Shown: positions 41,790 to 53,739 of the stretch, piece by piece
Layout of the letters: each line of letters starts with the position of its first letter
How positions within the stretch are numbered: the stretch's first letter is position 1
From: the human T2T-CHM13v2.0 reference genome, Homo sapiens
DNA length: 64,000 nt
Assembly (NCBI GenBank): GCA_009914755.4
Contig: CP068257.2
Coordinates: 36,256,001-36,320,000, forward strand
Direction of reading: 5' to 3'
The notes under the pieces: generated by a model
The model's input: only the letters and a program-made list of their open reading frames with translations
Told to the model about the DNA's origin: nothing
Database searches by the model: none
Made by a program: the position numbers and the translations under genes

Positions 41790-42180
41790 AAGTGATTGAC
41801 CTCCAGCGACCAAAGGAGTGGGTACTGCTTGCTGGGGGCTGCAGACAGGTGAGGCTTCACCCTCGGCGCCTGGGCTCTGGCCTTGGTGCTGAATCCGGAA
41901 CCCGCTGAGGAACCACCACCTCGGCGGCCCCCAGGCAACTTTCGGGAGGTTTCAGGGGCACCCGGCCAGCTCTGGGCGCCCTCTCGAGCGTCGCCGTCAG
42001 GGAGTTGGGCACAACCGATGCCCTGGGACCCGCCACAGGGCACGCGGCTGGCGTATTCCTTTGCCTGGAGCCGGGAAAGTTTTGTCCAATTTTTTTCCCC
42101 TATAACTGGAGCTGCGGTCTCCCCTCCCACCTGGGTCGCCATGGAGACTCGAGCTCTTTTTCTTTCTCCAGGCAAAATGG
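41790..42180. promoter_or_regulatory. CpG island A (~0.4 kb; GC-rich, ~23 CpG dinucleotides)
   Basis: Dense CpGs: ccagcgacc, ctcggcgcc, atccggaacccgctg, cctcggcggccc, ctctcgagcgtcgccgtcag, cacgcggctggcgta, ggtcgccatggagactcgagc. Surrounding DNA is AT-rich and CpG-depleted. Confidence 0.6.
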
Positions 42181-43390
42181 GCGAAGCTCAGTTAGCTCAG
42201 CCCTGACTGTAGCAAGCCCTTTTTTCTCCCTAAGCAGTTCCTGGGCATCACCCTTTTCCGTTTCTTTTTTTCAGCAAAAGAAAGGCAGGCAGGGAACAGG
42301 GCTAGCAGGATGTGGCATTGCTCCCTGTACCGTAGGGCTCCCCGGGACCGACAGACTTTGGATAACAGCAGTTGGGAAACACTCTAAACATATAATACAT
42401 CTCCAACTCCCAAACACTGGAGTTGTGGGGTTTTTTTTTTTTTCTCTTCCTTTTTTTGGGGGTTGGAGGCGGAATTCTTTGGAAAATTCTGGTATTTTGT
42501 TTCTCCACTAACCTCACCCTCTGTGGCTGTTTCTATTAAGATATATTTTCCCCCTGACAATCTCTCCATATTGCACCTAGTACAACAGATGTACCTGTGG
42601 ATCCACTGGGCTTTTATTGGGTTTTGGGAATACTGATGTTATTTCACTTAAAAACTAATCCAAGCTTAATGTTTTGATGAAAATGAAAATATATCCACAG
42701 GGAAGCAAATATCCACAGCCACCCAGTCCTCTAAATGCCACACACATCTCATTTTATCTAAAGTGTTTTTTCTTCCCTTCCAATTACAAAATAATTCAGT
42801 TTACTCCTAGGAAGATCTTCCTATTCACTGTTTTTAGTCATGCTAGCACATCTTCGGTTTTAAGGATAGAGAACAGTTAGGAGTTACAGTATTCTGTTTC
42901 CCATTCTCCGCATGTTTCTCCCCAACCCTCACTTTTCCTCCCTTTCGTGTTGTCTCCTCTCCTCTCCATGCAAAGCAGAACAAGAAGACTGCCTTCCACA
43001 AAGACAATAGGCTTTTCCCAACTGTAAATGACTACATCACAAGCCGCACCTGTCAGTTAATCAGTGCATTTAAGTCTTTGCCAGCGGATGTTGAAATGAT
43101 GTCTGCAATAACTGACTGGGTTTCTGCGAGCCCAGGGATGCAGACCCCTCCTTCCCCCGCCCCCCGTGCGAGTTTCAGTCGCTAATGAAAACCGTATGAA
43201 ACAGATTCCCCTTCTGTTATGTAACCGGCTTCTCCCTCGCCTTTCGGCTGACTTGGGCACAATGTTTCTCATGAGAGTGGAGATGCCTGCGGCGACGGCG
43301 GAGCTGGGGAAGGGGACGCGGGGACCCGAGAGCACGGAACGCCTCGCCCAGGTGGACGCCAGCTCCTCGCCTGCGAGCAGCTCAGCGCAC

Positions 43391-43400
43391 CGCTTACCTG
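43391..43400 (-). other. Candidate 5' splice donor on the minus strand (exon ...GCAGCCAG | GTAAGCGG intron)
   Basis: Plus strand cgcttacctg is the reverse complement of CAGGTAAGCG. Upstream on the minus strand, the nearest ATG is followed quickly by a stop (ATGATTGAGTGA). If this exon is real it is probably noncoding or 5'UTR. Confidence 0.3.
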
Positions 43401-44247
43401 GCTGCGGACGGGGTGGCTTCACTCAATCATGATCTCCTCTCTTGAAACGGAGCAAGACTGAACAATTCACTACACGACGGATGGCGAGGGAAGGAAATGC
43501 AAAAAAGAAAAGGAAAAGAAAAAAACTGGAATCAGATGGTCAAATTTCACATCAGCACCGAGAGGCTGTTAGGAGACTCCATTCTGCTCGCGGCTGCTCC
43601 GGCTCCAGGTCCGGCTTCCCGGCGTCCGCGGGTCTCCACCCCTCCGCCCGCCCAGCCTCTCCAGCCAGGTGCGGCCGTCTCCGGACTGGCTCCCTCTGGC
43701 CGAGCGCGGAGAGCAGGGCTGGGCGCTGGGGCCAAGGGAGGGGCGGAGGGGCGCGCGTTTGGGCAGGGACGGGGGAGGGAGACTGGGTGGAATGAAGTGG
43801 GGAAAGATAAGAGTGGCAGAAGAAAAAAAAAATCCCCGGTTAGGAGAAAAGTGGTGGACCACGCAGAGAGACGTCATGAAATCCGCAGATTCAATGAATG
43901 CTACTCAATTCCAGCCGACTGGCTGAGCCCCGCTGGCAGCGCACGAAGCGACGCGGCTCCGAGATAAAAGCGAGTGCAGCGCCGCGTGCTGGGGAAAAAG
44001 CCGCACAGCGCCGGCGCGGTCCGGGAGGAAGGGGCGGGGGCGAGCAGGACAGAGCCACAGACCCAGAGACGCCCACCCCGCCGCCCATGCCAGCTAGCGT
44101 GTCAGCGCGTCGAGGACCGGGCTTGGTGGGGGCGGGCTGGGCACAAACCAACGTGCATCCCCCGCCACTGGAAACGTGGGTGCTCCATGCTGGGGGAATC
44201 TTTTGGGTTTCGGTCCCCGACCCCCCAGTCCCAACCTTTCTCCCAGT

Positions 44248-44261
44248 GCCACTAAGTAAGT
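44248..44261 (+). other. Candidate 5' splice donor on the plus strand (exon ...GTGCCACTAA | GTAAGT intron)
   Basis: A perfect GTAAGT consensus at 44256-44261, directly downstream of the CpG island core, pointing away from the minus-strand donor ~850 bp away. Confidence 0.3.
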
Positions 44262-47200
44262 TATTCCCGGAGAAACGCCTGGAAAGCAGGAAAGAGCCGA
44301 AGCTCGGGGAGCAGTTTTGTCTGCTGGTTGTAGGGGTTCGGCTTTTAGGGTTTTGTGAGATAAGGAAAAAGAGGCTCTGGGCACTGCCTCCCACCGGGCT
44401 GAAATCCGTGAGAGGCAGCCCCGGCGCGGGAGCCGGAGCCTGCACCGCCCAGAGGGGGCGCAGCGAGCGGCCGGGACGGAGGGGAGGGGCCCTATCCCTG
44501 AGCTTTGCTTGCACCTGGTGGCGCCCCAGCCTGCTGCCCCATTCAGTCCCTTCTGTCCTGTCCACTGCAACTGGGACCTGGTCCCGGCTGCTGCATCATC
44601 ACCCCATCCTTATATGATGTCTCTGGGGTCACTGGAGACAAAGAATGGCCTTTTCCAAGAATGACCCAGGCTGCCTTCAAAGTTGAATTTGTCAGGATAA
44701 GCCCCTTAGACAAAGGTCTACTCCACTCTTTGAATCTAACTTGCTTTGTGCTGTTATTCCAGGGGCCCCTCATAGTGCTCCCCTCTTGCACCCCCTCTTT
44801 TTCTTATGGTCATCAAAAACAATGGTTCTACATTTCCAAAGTCTTCCCATAAATTGCTTCTACCTATGAACAGAACTCTCTTTTATGCTGTCTTTTTCCT
44901 AGGGATGAATGGATTGACAAATTGTAAGAGTAGCGAATACCATTGGCTAGTAATTTTATAATGGCCCTTTCAATAACTGGCTATTCTTGTGCTGCTTTAT
45001 GAAGTGGCTTTCCTTCCACAAGGCACAGAATCTCTACCTCAAAGAAGGTGACCTTATTTTAGAGAGAAGGCTTACGGAAACCTCTTATTTCCAAGATTAT
45101 TTTATTCTACATACATACATTTTAATTACCTAGCAATTCAGGTCCCCTCAAGAATGCTGTCTGCCCTCTAAAAATGACTGTAATATGGAGAGGTGTTTGT
45201 GTCAATTTGCATCCAAAGTCATGTAAAAGTCAACCGTACACACGGCCTGTGAGCTTGTATTTGCTGTTGATTTTCCCTAAGAGGTTGTAATCTGACTTGC
45301 TATTACTTCTGAGTCATATATCCCATATACAGAAGATATGAGTATGTGTAATATCTGTAGTATGTGTAATACGTGCTCCACAATGCCTGCTGGATCTAGT
45401 GATAGTGTTACAAATAAACAAAGAACAACTGAACCAAATAATCCCTGAGAGACCAGGAATACAAATGCAAGATGCAGGATTTCGGTGGACACAGCCTTAG
45501 AACATTAAAAGAACAACCCATGTTGACTATAGTTGTGTAAAGGGCATTCTGTTTAATCTGTGAAGCTGCTATGGGTATGCCTGCTAATTTTGATGATATA
45601 TACTTTTACCAGTAGAATGATTTCACAAAGTATCTTTCTTACAAGATATTAGACTAAATAAGAAAGTCAAGAGTTGGAAGTAACCTATTTGTCTCCTTCA
45701 AATACTTTGAAAACTCCCCTACTTGAAACAGCTGCCGGGGTGATGTGGGCAATAGCACTTTGTGAATGGCATAAGAGCACGTGTTGAATGAGATGGATCC
45801 CATTAACACAGCCTGGGATTTGATAAACACCAGAGACAAGAGCAATTGGCTTAACTGAATTCATTCATTTATTCCGTAGAGTTCTGATAAAGTGATCTGC
45901 ATGGGTGTAACTAAGAGACTGCAGCCACATCTGAAAATCAGGCGAGCTGTGCTTCAGAGCTGCAAATTGTGGCTCCTCTGAGCTCCTGAGAGCCTGGTCT
46001 CTCAAACTACATTGTGTTTAGCTTGTCTGAAATCTCACTTATATATCTATTTTATGATTTCAGGTGAAGGCAAGGCCTGGGGGAGAAGATCTTTCAGGGT
46101 AAATCAGTGCTCCAAATCTCACAGTGACTTTTATAATTGATTGATTATGTCATACAGATGAGACTGGTTTGTCTCCCACATATAAAGCTGTAATGGAGAC
46201 TTATTAGCTAGTAAAATTAACAAACTGAATTATCTTGACGGGCTGTCATTTGTTTTGGGTAATCTTGTTTTTCTCTGTCATTGATTGCGGCAATTTATAA
46301 ACCATTCTATCTTCTTGGCCCATGTGTAGATCTGGCCTTGCCTTAGACAGGCTGACACCAGAACTAAGATGGTTGGGAGTTTTTGGTCTCCACCCTTGGG
46401 CCAGTACTTGTTTTAGATTTAAGACCTTAGCTGTTGTGGGTCTAACTATTAAGAGACCTAGTTCTTTTTCAGTTTCACTCCCCTGCCTGCTTTCTCCACA
46501 AAAACCCTACCACAGATAAACAATATATTTAAAATGCAGAGATGGGAACATAAATTTTAAAAAATTTATTTTGTCTATAAAAGGACATCTTAAAGAGTAT
46601 CAAGAGATAAGTGTTAAAATTATTCTATTTTACATTTGTACTTCCAGTGTACTGAATGTGATATAGGAGTTAAGAAGCAATTACTTAGGCAGATAGTAAG
46701 GGTATGGGAGTCCTAGGTAAGGCTTTTCTTTTTAATGAAAATCAGCCCCAAATAATTTTCTAAGAGAGCAAGCAGCCTGCAAGCTGGGAGCTTGCACAGG
46801 TGAATGCGGGCAGGAACTAAGGACTAAAGATGTTAAATATGGCGGTCCCATCTTCCCGTCTCTGTTAGCCACGTGTACTGTAAACGAGCAGACAAGATGG
46901 TGCCAATCAACTGGAAAGTCCATTTGCATAAGAAGATTAGGGTGGGGCAACTAGCCTTCCCAGCACACTATGTAGACATCATACCTGAGTGAACCAACCT
47001 GTGAGCCCTCTGTAAATCAGACACCGCCTTCTCCAGCCTGCGTATAAAATCTGCTGCGGTCCTCTACCTTCTCCCTTTTCCACGTGTCTCTTGCTCGTGA
47101 GGAGCTGCTCTCCCCTCCTCTCTCCTTTCTTCTATTACACTTTCTGCTCCTTAACCCACTCACCTGTGTCTGTGTGCCGAATTCTTTCTCAGTGCATGAC

Positions 47201-50200
47201 AATGAACCCCAGGGTATATACCACAGACAGCAGTAGCCACTTCAGATGGATTTCATTCATGTCTCTTATTTAGGGAATATCTGTAAACAGCGGTTGGTAT
47301 TTCTTTGATTGATTATAAATTTGGAGATGTATTAAGAAATACATCTTAATTCTTAAGAAATATTTCTAGGTGTAAAAAGTTAAGAATTTTTGCTAAGGAG
47401 GGGGTTTCAGAGGGGTTTTAGCTCTGAGGCATTTTGGGGCTGGTCTTTAGAACTTTAGGATAATTTAGAACAATTATTGAGTTATGCCCTTTTCCCTTGA
47501 TACACTTTTATCTCCTACGTGTTTTCCTTATTTTTGTTACAGTAGGTAGCTAGTCAGACATGAGCAGGGCAGAAGAGGGCCTTCCCCACCAGGCATGCCA
47601 GGAGACCGTCAGGTGATGGTCAGGCAGTTGTTAAACTGTCCGTCTACAATAATAATTGGTCACAGCTGGCACCAGAAAAAGTGGTCTCCCAATAGACAGA
47701 AACACCGAAGCTGGTGATCAGCAGCTTCCTGATGACATCTCAGGACTTAGGTGAGTGGGCTCAAGCATGTGGACTAAGGCAAAATGGCACAGTTTAACTG
47801 TCATCTAACCTTCTTCTAGGAACACTTGGCTGGTAAGGGAAGAACGCCTCAAGTGAGCATGCATACAACTCCAGTAAACACTGCACATGTGGCCCCTCTC
47901 AAGTGCTGGCAGACCATGGCACATGCAAACAGCCCACCCCAAGAGAAGAATCAGGGTAGAAGGCACACAACACCCGGGAAGTATGCCAACGCATAAAACC
48001 CGAAGTCAAAGGTCAAACAGTGCACTTGATCTCGCAAGTCGCCCACTTGGCCCTCTTCCAAGTGTACTTTACTTCCTTTTGTTCCTGCTCTAAAACTTTT
48101 TAATACACTTTCACTCCTGCTCTAAAACTTGCCTCGGTTTCTCACTCTGCCTTATGCCCCTCAGTCGAATTCTTTCTTCTGAGAAGGCAAGAATTGAGGA
48201 TCCTGCAGACCACACAGACTTGCCGATACTAACACTTTAAAATGACGTTCACCATTTCTACTAATCTTAAGTCATAAATACTTATGAATGTCCTGAAATC
48301 ATATATTTTTATTTTAATTTCATGGCTTGATAAATAAGTGCAGTCAGAAGACTATTTGATAGATTCTTTCTTATATGATGTTTTATTAGTTCATTGTTTA
48401 GCAGGTATATCCTTTTTAATCATAGTCTTCTCCCCAAAAATGTATTAAAATGCAATTTAGAAAATTATAATAGCTTTGAATATAATATTTCAAAAGACCA
48501 GGGGAGGTGACAATTACAAAAATTACATAAATGAAACCTAGTTAATCTTCCTTTACCTCTTACTGGAATTAATTCTAATTAGCATGACATCTGCACAACA
48601 AAAACATTCAAGGCCAAAATAAGTGAATTAAATTGGTACGTTGCTCTTTCTCATTCATTTGCTAAAATGCCTAGATTCTTTATTTTCTACTGAAATTCTT
48701 AAGGAATGAGGATATGAGGTGGAGAGAATCAGATAAAGTTCCTTTTTTTGTGTGCTATTGCAACTCTCTGTGAGTCACCTCCTATAGCCACCCTGGACAA
48801 CAAGCAATTATTAACCTACTGGATCTTGTCTGCTTTCAGCAGAAGTGAAGCTCCTGCTCCGCATTCCCAAGCTTACATAGTTCTCCTGCTAGGACGTTAC
48901 CTACCTTCCCTCTTAGAAATACAGTTCAGAGTCCAGTTCCAAATTCCAGGTCATCCTTGGTGATCTTAAGCCAGATGCAAATATTTAGGCAGTCTCAGCC
49001 CCCAGCACCTATGCCAAGTGATGGGTTAAGGCAAGAATTTTCTGCTATATCATTTTATCTGAAAAATGGTGTTGTAGATAGTGTTCTTTGGGAAGCAGAC
49101 TCTGAGATGAAGTTTTGTGTGCTTAATGTTTATTAGGGACGTTTCTAAAGGATGTAATGTTTGTGTGATCAACACCTATGGAAGGGATAGAAATGAAGTA
49201 GGACTGGGCACAGGACCCTTGCCTTGGCTGATCTCACTGGGAGCTCTGAGCTAAAATGGCCCATTGGAGTTGTCCTGATTTGGTTCCAAATGGCCTCCAC
49301 CAGCTCAGTCACTGGATGTCCCTCAGTTGGGCAAGGGCATGACTTTGGGCCAGGCAGCTCTTTGCACCTGATAGCAAAATGCAGTCTACAACAGCCTTCT
49401 AGCAGCTAGGTCAACAAGCCCTTACTGGAAGGGGGATCCGGAGGGCATATCTCATTGCCCACCACAAGTGGGGATAATAACATTACCTACTGCATAGGAT
49501 TATTATGACTGCTACATACCGTAACTGTGAAGCAGCTTCATTGTGCATTGGTTACCACTTCAGCCCATCTTGGGTGGCAATTTTACTACTTGTCTGAGTC
49601 TGGCGAGATAGAATACTCATACACACAGCAAGTTACATGAAGTAGGTTTATTACCTGCAGACAGGCAGCAAGGGACAAGAGAAGCCTAGGACCAGGGTGA
49701 GCTGGCTTCCCAAGACTCAGGAAAGCTGCCCCGGGTGGGTGAAATCTCATCTGGATGTGCTCCACTTCACGCTGCAGCTGAGTGCCCCCAGAAATCACCC
49801 TGCCCTGGGTTTTATACCTCAGAGCAAGATTTGCTGAGCTAAAGCATTGAAAGATATTCTATGTGCAGGGGGAGCAGGAGAGTACAGGCTATTCCAGACT
49901 ACTTTTTTTTTTTTTTTAATTTCAGGATGTTGCATTCCCAGCATATACTACAGTTATTCTTGAGAAACAAGTGTGTAAGGAGGAAGAACTGGTTCAAGGC
50001 CACCCAGAAAGCTGTTCTGCAATAACCCATAGAAACAGTGGAGCACAGGTTCTGGTATATAATAACACTTAATACATGTCAGATATTTATTAATTCATGA
50101 TGCTAATCATCTGTAAGATTAAGAAAACTGAAGACTGTGTATTTTCAAGTGGTTCCAGATTTGTATCCACCCAGTTTCAAGTCCACTGGGACTTCAATCC

Positions 50201-50219
50201 AATTTCAAATCCCCCTCTT

Positions 50220-50645
50220 TTTTTAAAATTTTAGTGTAAGTTCTGGGATACATGTGCAGAACGTGCAGGTTTGTCACATAGGTATACATGTGCCATCGTG
50301 GTTTGCTGCACCTATCAACCCATCATCTGGGTCTTAAGCCCTGCATACATTAGATATGTGTCCTAATGCTCTCTCTCCCCTTGCTCCCCACCCCCTGACA
50401 GGGCCCAGTGTGTGATGTTCCCCTCCCTGTGTGCATGTGTTCTCATTGTTCAACTCCCACTTTTGAGTGAGAATCTGCAGTGTTTGGTTTTCTGTTCCTG
50501 TGTTAGTTTGCTGAGAATGACGGCTTCCAGCTTCATCCACGTCCCTGCAAAGGACATGAACTCATTCTTTTTTATTGCTGCATAGTATTCCATGGTGTGT
50601 ATGTGCCACATTTTCTTTACCCAGTCTATCATTGATGGACATTTG
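50220..50645 (-). mobile_element. 5'-truncated L1 (L1PA-like) 3' end in minus orientation: ORF2 C-terminus plus 3'UTR, flanked by a 14-bp TSD
   Basis: The minus-strand ORF 50450-50632 translates to MIDWVKKMWHIHTMEYYAAIKKNEFMSFAGTWMKLEAVILSKLTQEQKTKHCRFSL, which is the L1 ORF2 C-terminus. 50221-50330 is the reverse complement of the L1 3'UTR (GGGATACATGTGCAGAACGTGCAGGTTTGT...). CAAATCCCCCTCTT is present at 50206-50219 and again at 50646-50659. Confidence 0.85.
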
Positions 50646-51371
50646 CAAATCCCCCTCTTCTAGTAACAGTAAAATACCAAAAATGGTTCTTATTGTCTCT
50701 GATTAGTTAATAAACCCCATCTCTGAATCAATTACTGTGGCCAGAAGGATGGAATGCTAGATATGGTCTGTTGGACCCTGACATATATTTCCACTTACTT
50801 CTGGTGCCCTGACTCAGGAATACACCATTCTTCAGAATAAAAAGAACCCAAGACTTTGGCATCAATTGCTTCTCCTTCAGTCTGAAGGGGAAGGGGCCTA
50901 GTGGATAGTAAATGTTCAAGAAATACTATATAATCCTCTAATTACAACACAGAAAAGTTTGGTTTTCTTTCTTTTTGTTGAAAACAGATAGTGGCAAATT
51001 ATCTTTTTTAGGCTCATAAGAAACTTTGGTAACCATATAAATGGATTCACTTTCTCTTCTTACAGTATTTCTCAACACTCAGTGATTTGTTTAGGTAGGT
51101 ATTTCCTCCTATTTTCTCTTTATTTAGAACTAAAGTGGAAGAAATAAAATGTAGAATCAATAAAAATTCCAAAGAGTCCACAAGGGAAACAAGCATCCCA
51201 GCCAGGATGGAGTGATGCTACAGTTTAACACTGAGATCCATGAAATTGATTGCTGTGGCAAATAAAGAAGAACAGATCTTATTTGTGGCCTCAATTCTCT
51301 GAGTTGTTGTGCCTACTTGAATTTATCTGCTGGCTCAAGACCCATTTAGTAGTGGGAAAGAGAACACTGGC

Positions 51372-51394
51372 AAAAAAAAAAAAAAAAAAAAAAA
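51372..51394. repeat. Poly-A (A)23 tract
   Basis: ggcaaaaaaaaaaaaaaaaaaaaaaagaat read directly. Confidence 0.9.
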
Positions 51395-53687
51395 GAATAT
51401 AAAGATCATAGAACCAGAAACCGTAGGAGCTGGAAGTCCCCTTAGAGATTATCTGGTTCCTTTTCAACTTCTATCAGCCATTCTCTGACCCACAACTAAG
51501 ACCCCAAGGCATCCTTTACCTCCTAAACATGTTGATTTGTTTCCGTCTCCCTTACTTTTAAACTCTTGGATAGCCTGTCTATTATTCACCATGTGAAAGC
51601 CTTTTACATCATCTCTCAAATCTCTAGCTTCTTCCTTATCTTTGAGCCTACTGGAATACAATTCTGTCTTATGCATTAAACATGATGGTATGTTTTGTGT
51701 TACTATTTATAGTAACATAAAAATGAAAATCACACACTTATTTTCCATGAAGTTATGTGATCCTTTTCAAACAAATATAATTCAGGAGAAAACAAGGATA
51801 TAAGATAATACAATAATGCCAGGATAAATTTTTCCCAAGATATTTCATGAAGTAACAAAATAATAGCAGAACCTTCAGAATTTAAGTTATCTTGGACAAA
51901 TTACTTAACTTTTTAGGCCCTCTAAAGTAGTAATAACAATAATATCTAGTATTAGTGTTCTGTTGCTAAACAATTACTGCAAACATAACAGCTTTAAAAG
52001 TAGCCATTTATTAGCTCATAGTTCTGTAGGTCAGAAGTCCCAGCAGGATGTGGGTGGGTTTTCAGCTCAGGATATCACAATACTGACATCAAGGTGTCAA
52101 CCAGGCTGGGTTCTTGTCTGGAGGTTCTGGGAAAGAATACACTTCCAAGCTTATTCTTGTTATTGACAGAATTTAGTTTCTTGTAGTTGTAGGACTGGTG
52201 TCTCCATTTTTTTACTGGCTGTCAGTGAGGGGGCTGTCCTTTGCTCTGAGAGTCTATCTGAATTTCTTGCCATGTGGTCCCTCCATTTTTAAGCCAGCAA
52301 TGTCACATCAAATCCTTCCCATGTTTTAATTCCCTGACATCTTCTGCTACCAGCTACATAAAACTCTCTTTCTCTTTTTTAAACAGGCTCATGTGGTTAG
52401 GTAAGGCGCACCTAGATCATCTCTCTATCTTAAGGTCAACTGATTTGGGACATTAATTATGTCTGAAAAATTTCTTCACAGCACTATTTAGGTTAACGTT
52501 TGATTGACTATCTTGTGTGTACACAAGGGATAGGAATATTGGGGGCATCTTGGAATTCTGCTGCCACATACCTACTTCATAGATCTTTTACTAAATGAGA
52601 TAATACATGGGTAAACAGTGTATTAAAAGTTAAGTTTTGTTGGAAACACTAAGGAACATGTATTTTTGCTGATCTGCTGGATCACTTCATTGGTGTGAAG
52701 CAGCAGCTGGGCCTGCAACTGCTCCACCTTCCTCTGGATCTTCCTCCAGCTTCTCCAACTGCCCAGCCAGATGTGTGTGATTTTAGCTCTGTGATGAAGG
52801 GCTCTCACCAAGGCCAGAGACAATAAAAATTGACACAAGGTTCAGTTCATCCTTGTGGTGTTTCAGCACATGCTTATGGGTTCCAGCCTGTTTGTACCGT
52901 ATTACATCACTGCTATCGTACCTACACTTCTAGCTGGTCTCCTAAGGGCTAAGATCATAGTAGTAGATGCCATTTTCTATTATCGTCTTGTGTTCTCTCT
53001 ACCCTCTGTCAGCACATCAGCAGGATGAACTTCTTTACCTGAATAGGTGACTCCAACTTTCATTGGTTAGAACGAGGGACCCTGGTGGTATGATTATTAC
53101 GTTGCCAGTTTTCCAGGATTATTGAACAACTAATAAGAAATGCTTTAGAGAATTTCCTGGATTCAAAAATATGTCTTCTTGCTCATGCTAAAGAGCACCA
53201 CCTCAATTTCTCTCTGGTAATCATCACAACAGTTAGGGACTCCTTTTCTGCCTATTGGTTTTGTAGCATAAGGAGTCCCAAAAGGGTAGGGTGCAATCTC
53301 AGCTTCCAATGCATCAGGACTACTGTATGTTCCTTGGTAGACGCTTTCCTCCCTGAAACACTAGGACCTCTAAACCCATCAGGCCAAGGTAGTAGGAAGG
53401 AGAAGCAAACATTATTTGGTAAAATAGTGATGGGGCCAAACCCCCTTTGCCCTATTGGTTATTGGCTATACATTATATGCATTCTGGATAAGTGACATCA
53501 CATGCATTGGTTGCCAGTTTATGGCATTTACCACACCTTGTAAGGCAGGATCCAAACCTCACAGGGTGCTGTCTCCCAGCTGGTGTCATAAAAGAGTTTT
53601 CAGAAGACCATTCCACCATTCCACCAAGCAGCTGTTGCTCAACAGGAGAAACTTCCAGCCAATCAACACAATCATAAGAAATAGTAA

Positions 53688-53691
<4 letters not shown>

Positions 53692-53732
<41 letters not shown>

Positions 53733-53739
53733 TTTCTTA
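53692..53739. repeat. Very long poly-T homopolymer (~48 T)
   Basis: cc + ~48 T + gcttttc read directly. On the minus strand this is a poly-A, possibly the tail of an unrecognised retroposed insertion. Confidence 0.9.

Larger units (their letters stand above)
43140..44500. promoter_or_regulatory. CpG island B (~1.3 kb, very CpG-dense): candidate divergent/bidirectional promoter
   Basis: High-GC stretches with many CpGs: gcggcgacggcggagctg, gggacgcggggacccgagagcacggaacgcctcgcc, ctgctcgcggctgctccggctccaggtccggcttcccggcgtccgcgggtctcc, ccgcacagcgccggcgcggtccggg, ggcgcgggagccggagcctgcaccgcccagagggggcgcagcgagcggccgggacgg. Consensus splice donors point outward on both strands. Confidence 0.75.

Noticed and set aside
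41783-42511. 130-aa minus and 168-aa plus ORFs over CpG island A
   Set aside because: This is GC-rich DNA with ORFs on both strands. There is no domain or codon-usage signal. At about 42160 the plus strand has an acceptor-like TTTCTTTCTCCAG followed by ATGGGCGAAGCTCAGTTAGCTCAGCCCTGA, which terminates after 9 codons.
43870-43876. CRE-like GACGTCA heptamer inside the CpG island
   Set aside because: This is a single 7/8 match to TGACGTCA. Such matches are common in CpG islands and are not evidence of CREB regulation on their own.
43891-44617. Overlapping long ORFs on both strands across the CpG island (239 aa plus strand; 224 aa and 158 aa minus strand)
   Set aside because: Simultaneous long ORFs on opposite strands in about 70% GC DNA are expected by chance because stop codons are AT-rich. 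The products are Pro/Arg/Gly/Ala-rich low-complexity sequence with no recognisable domain.
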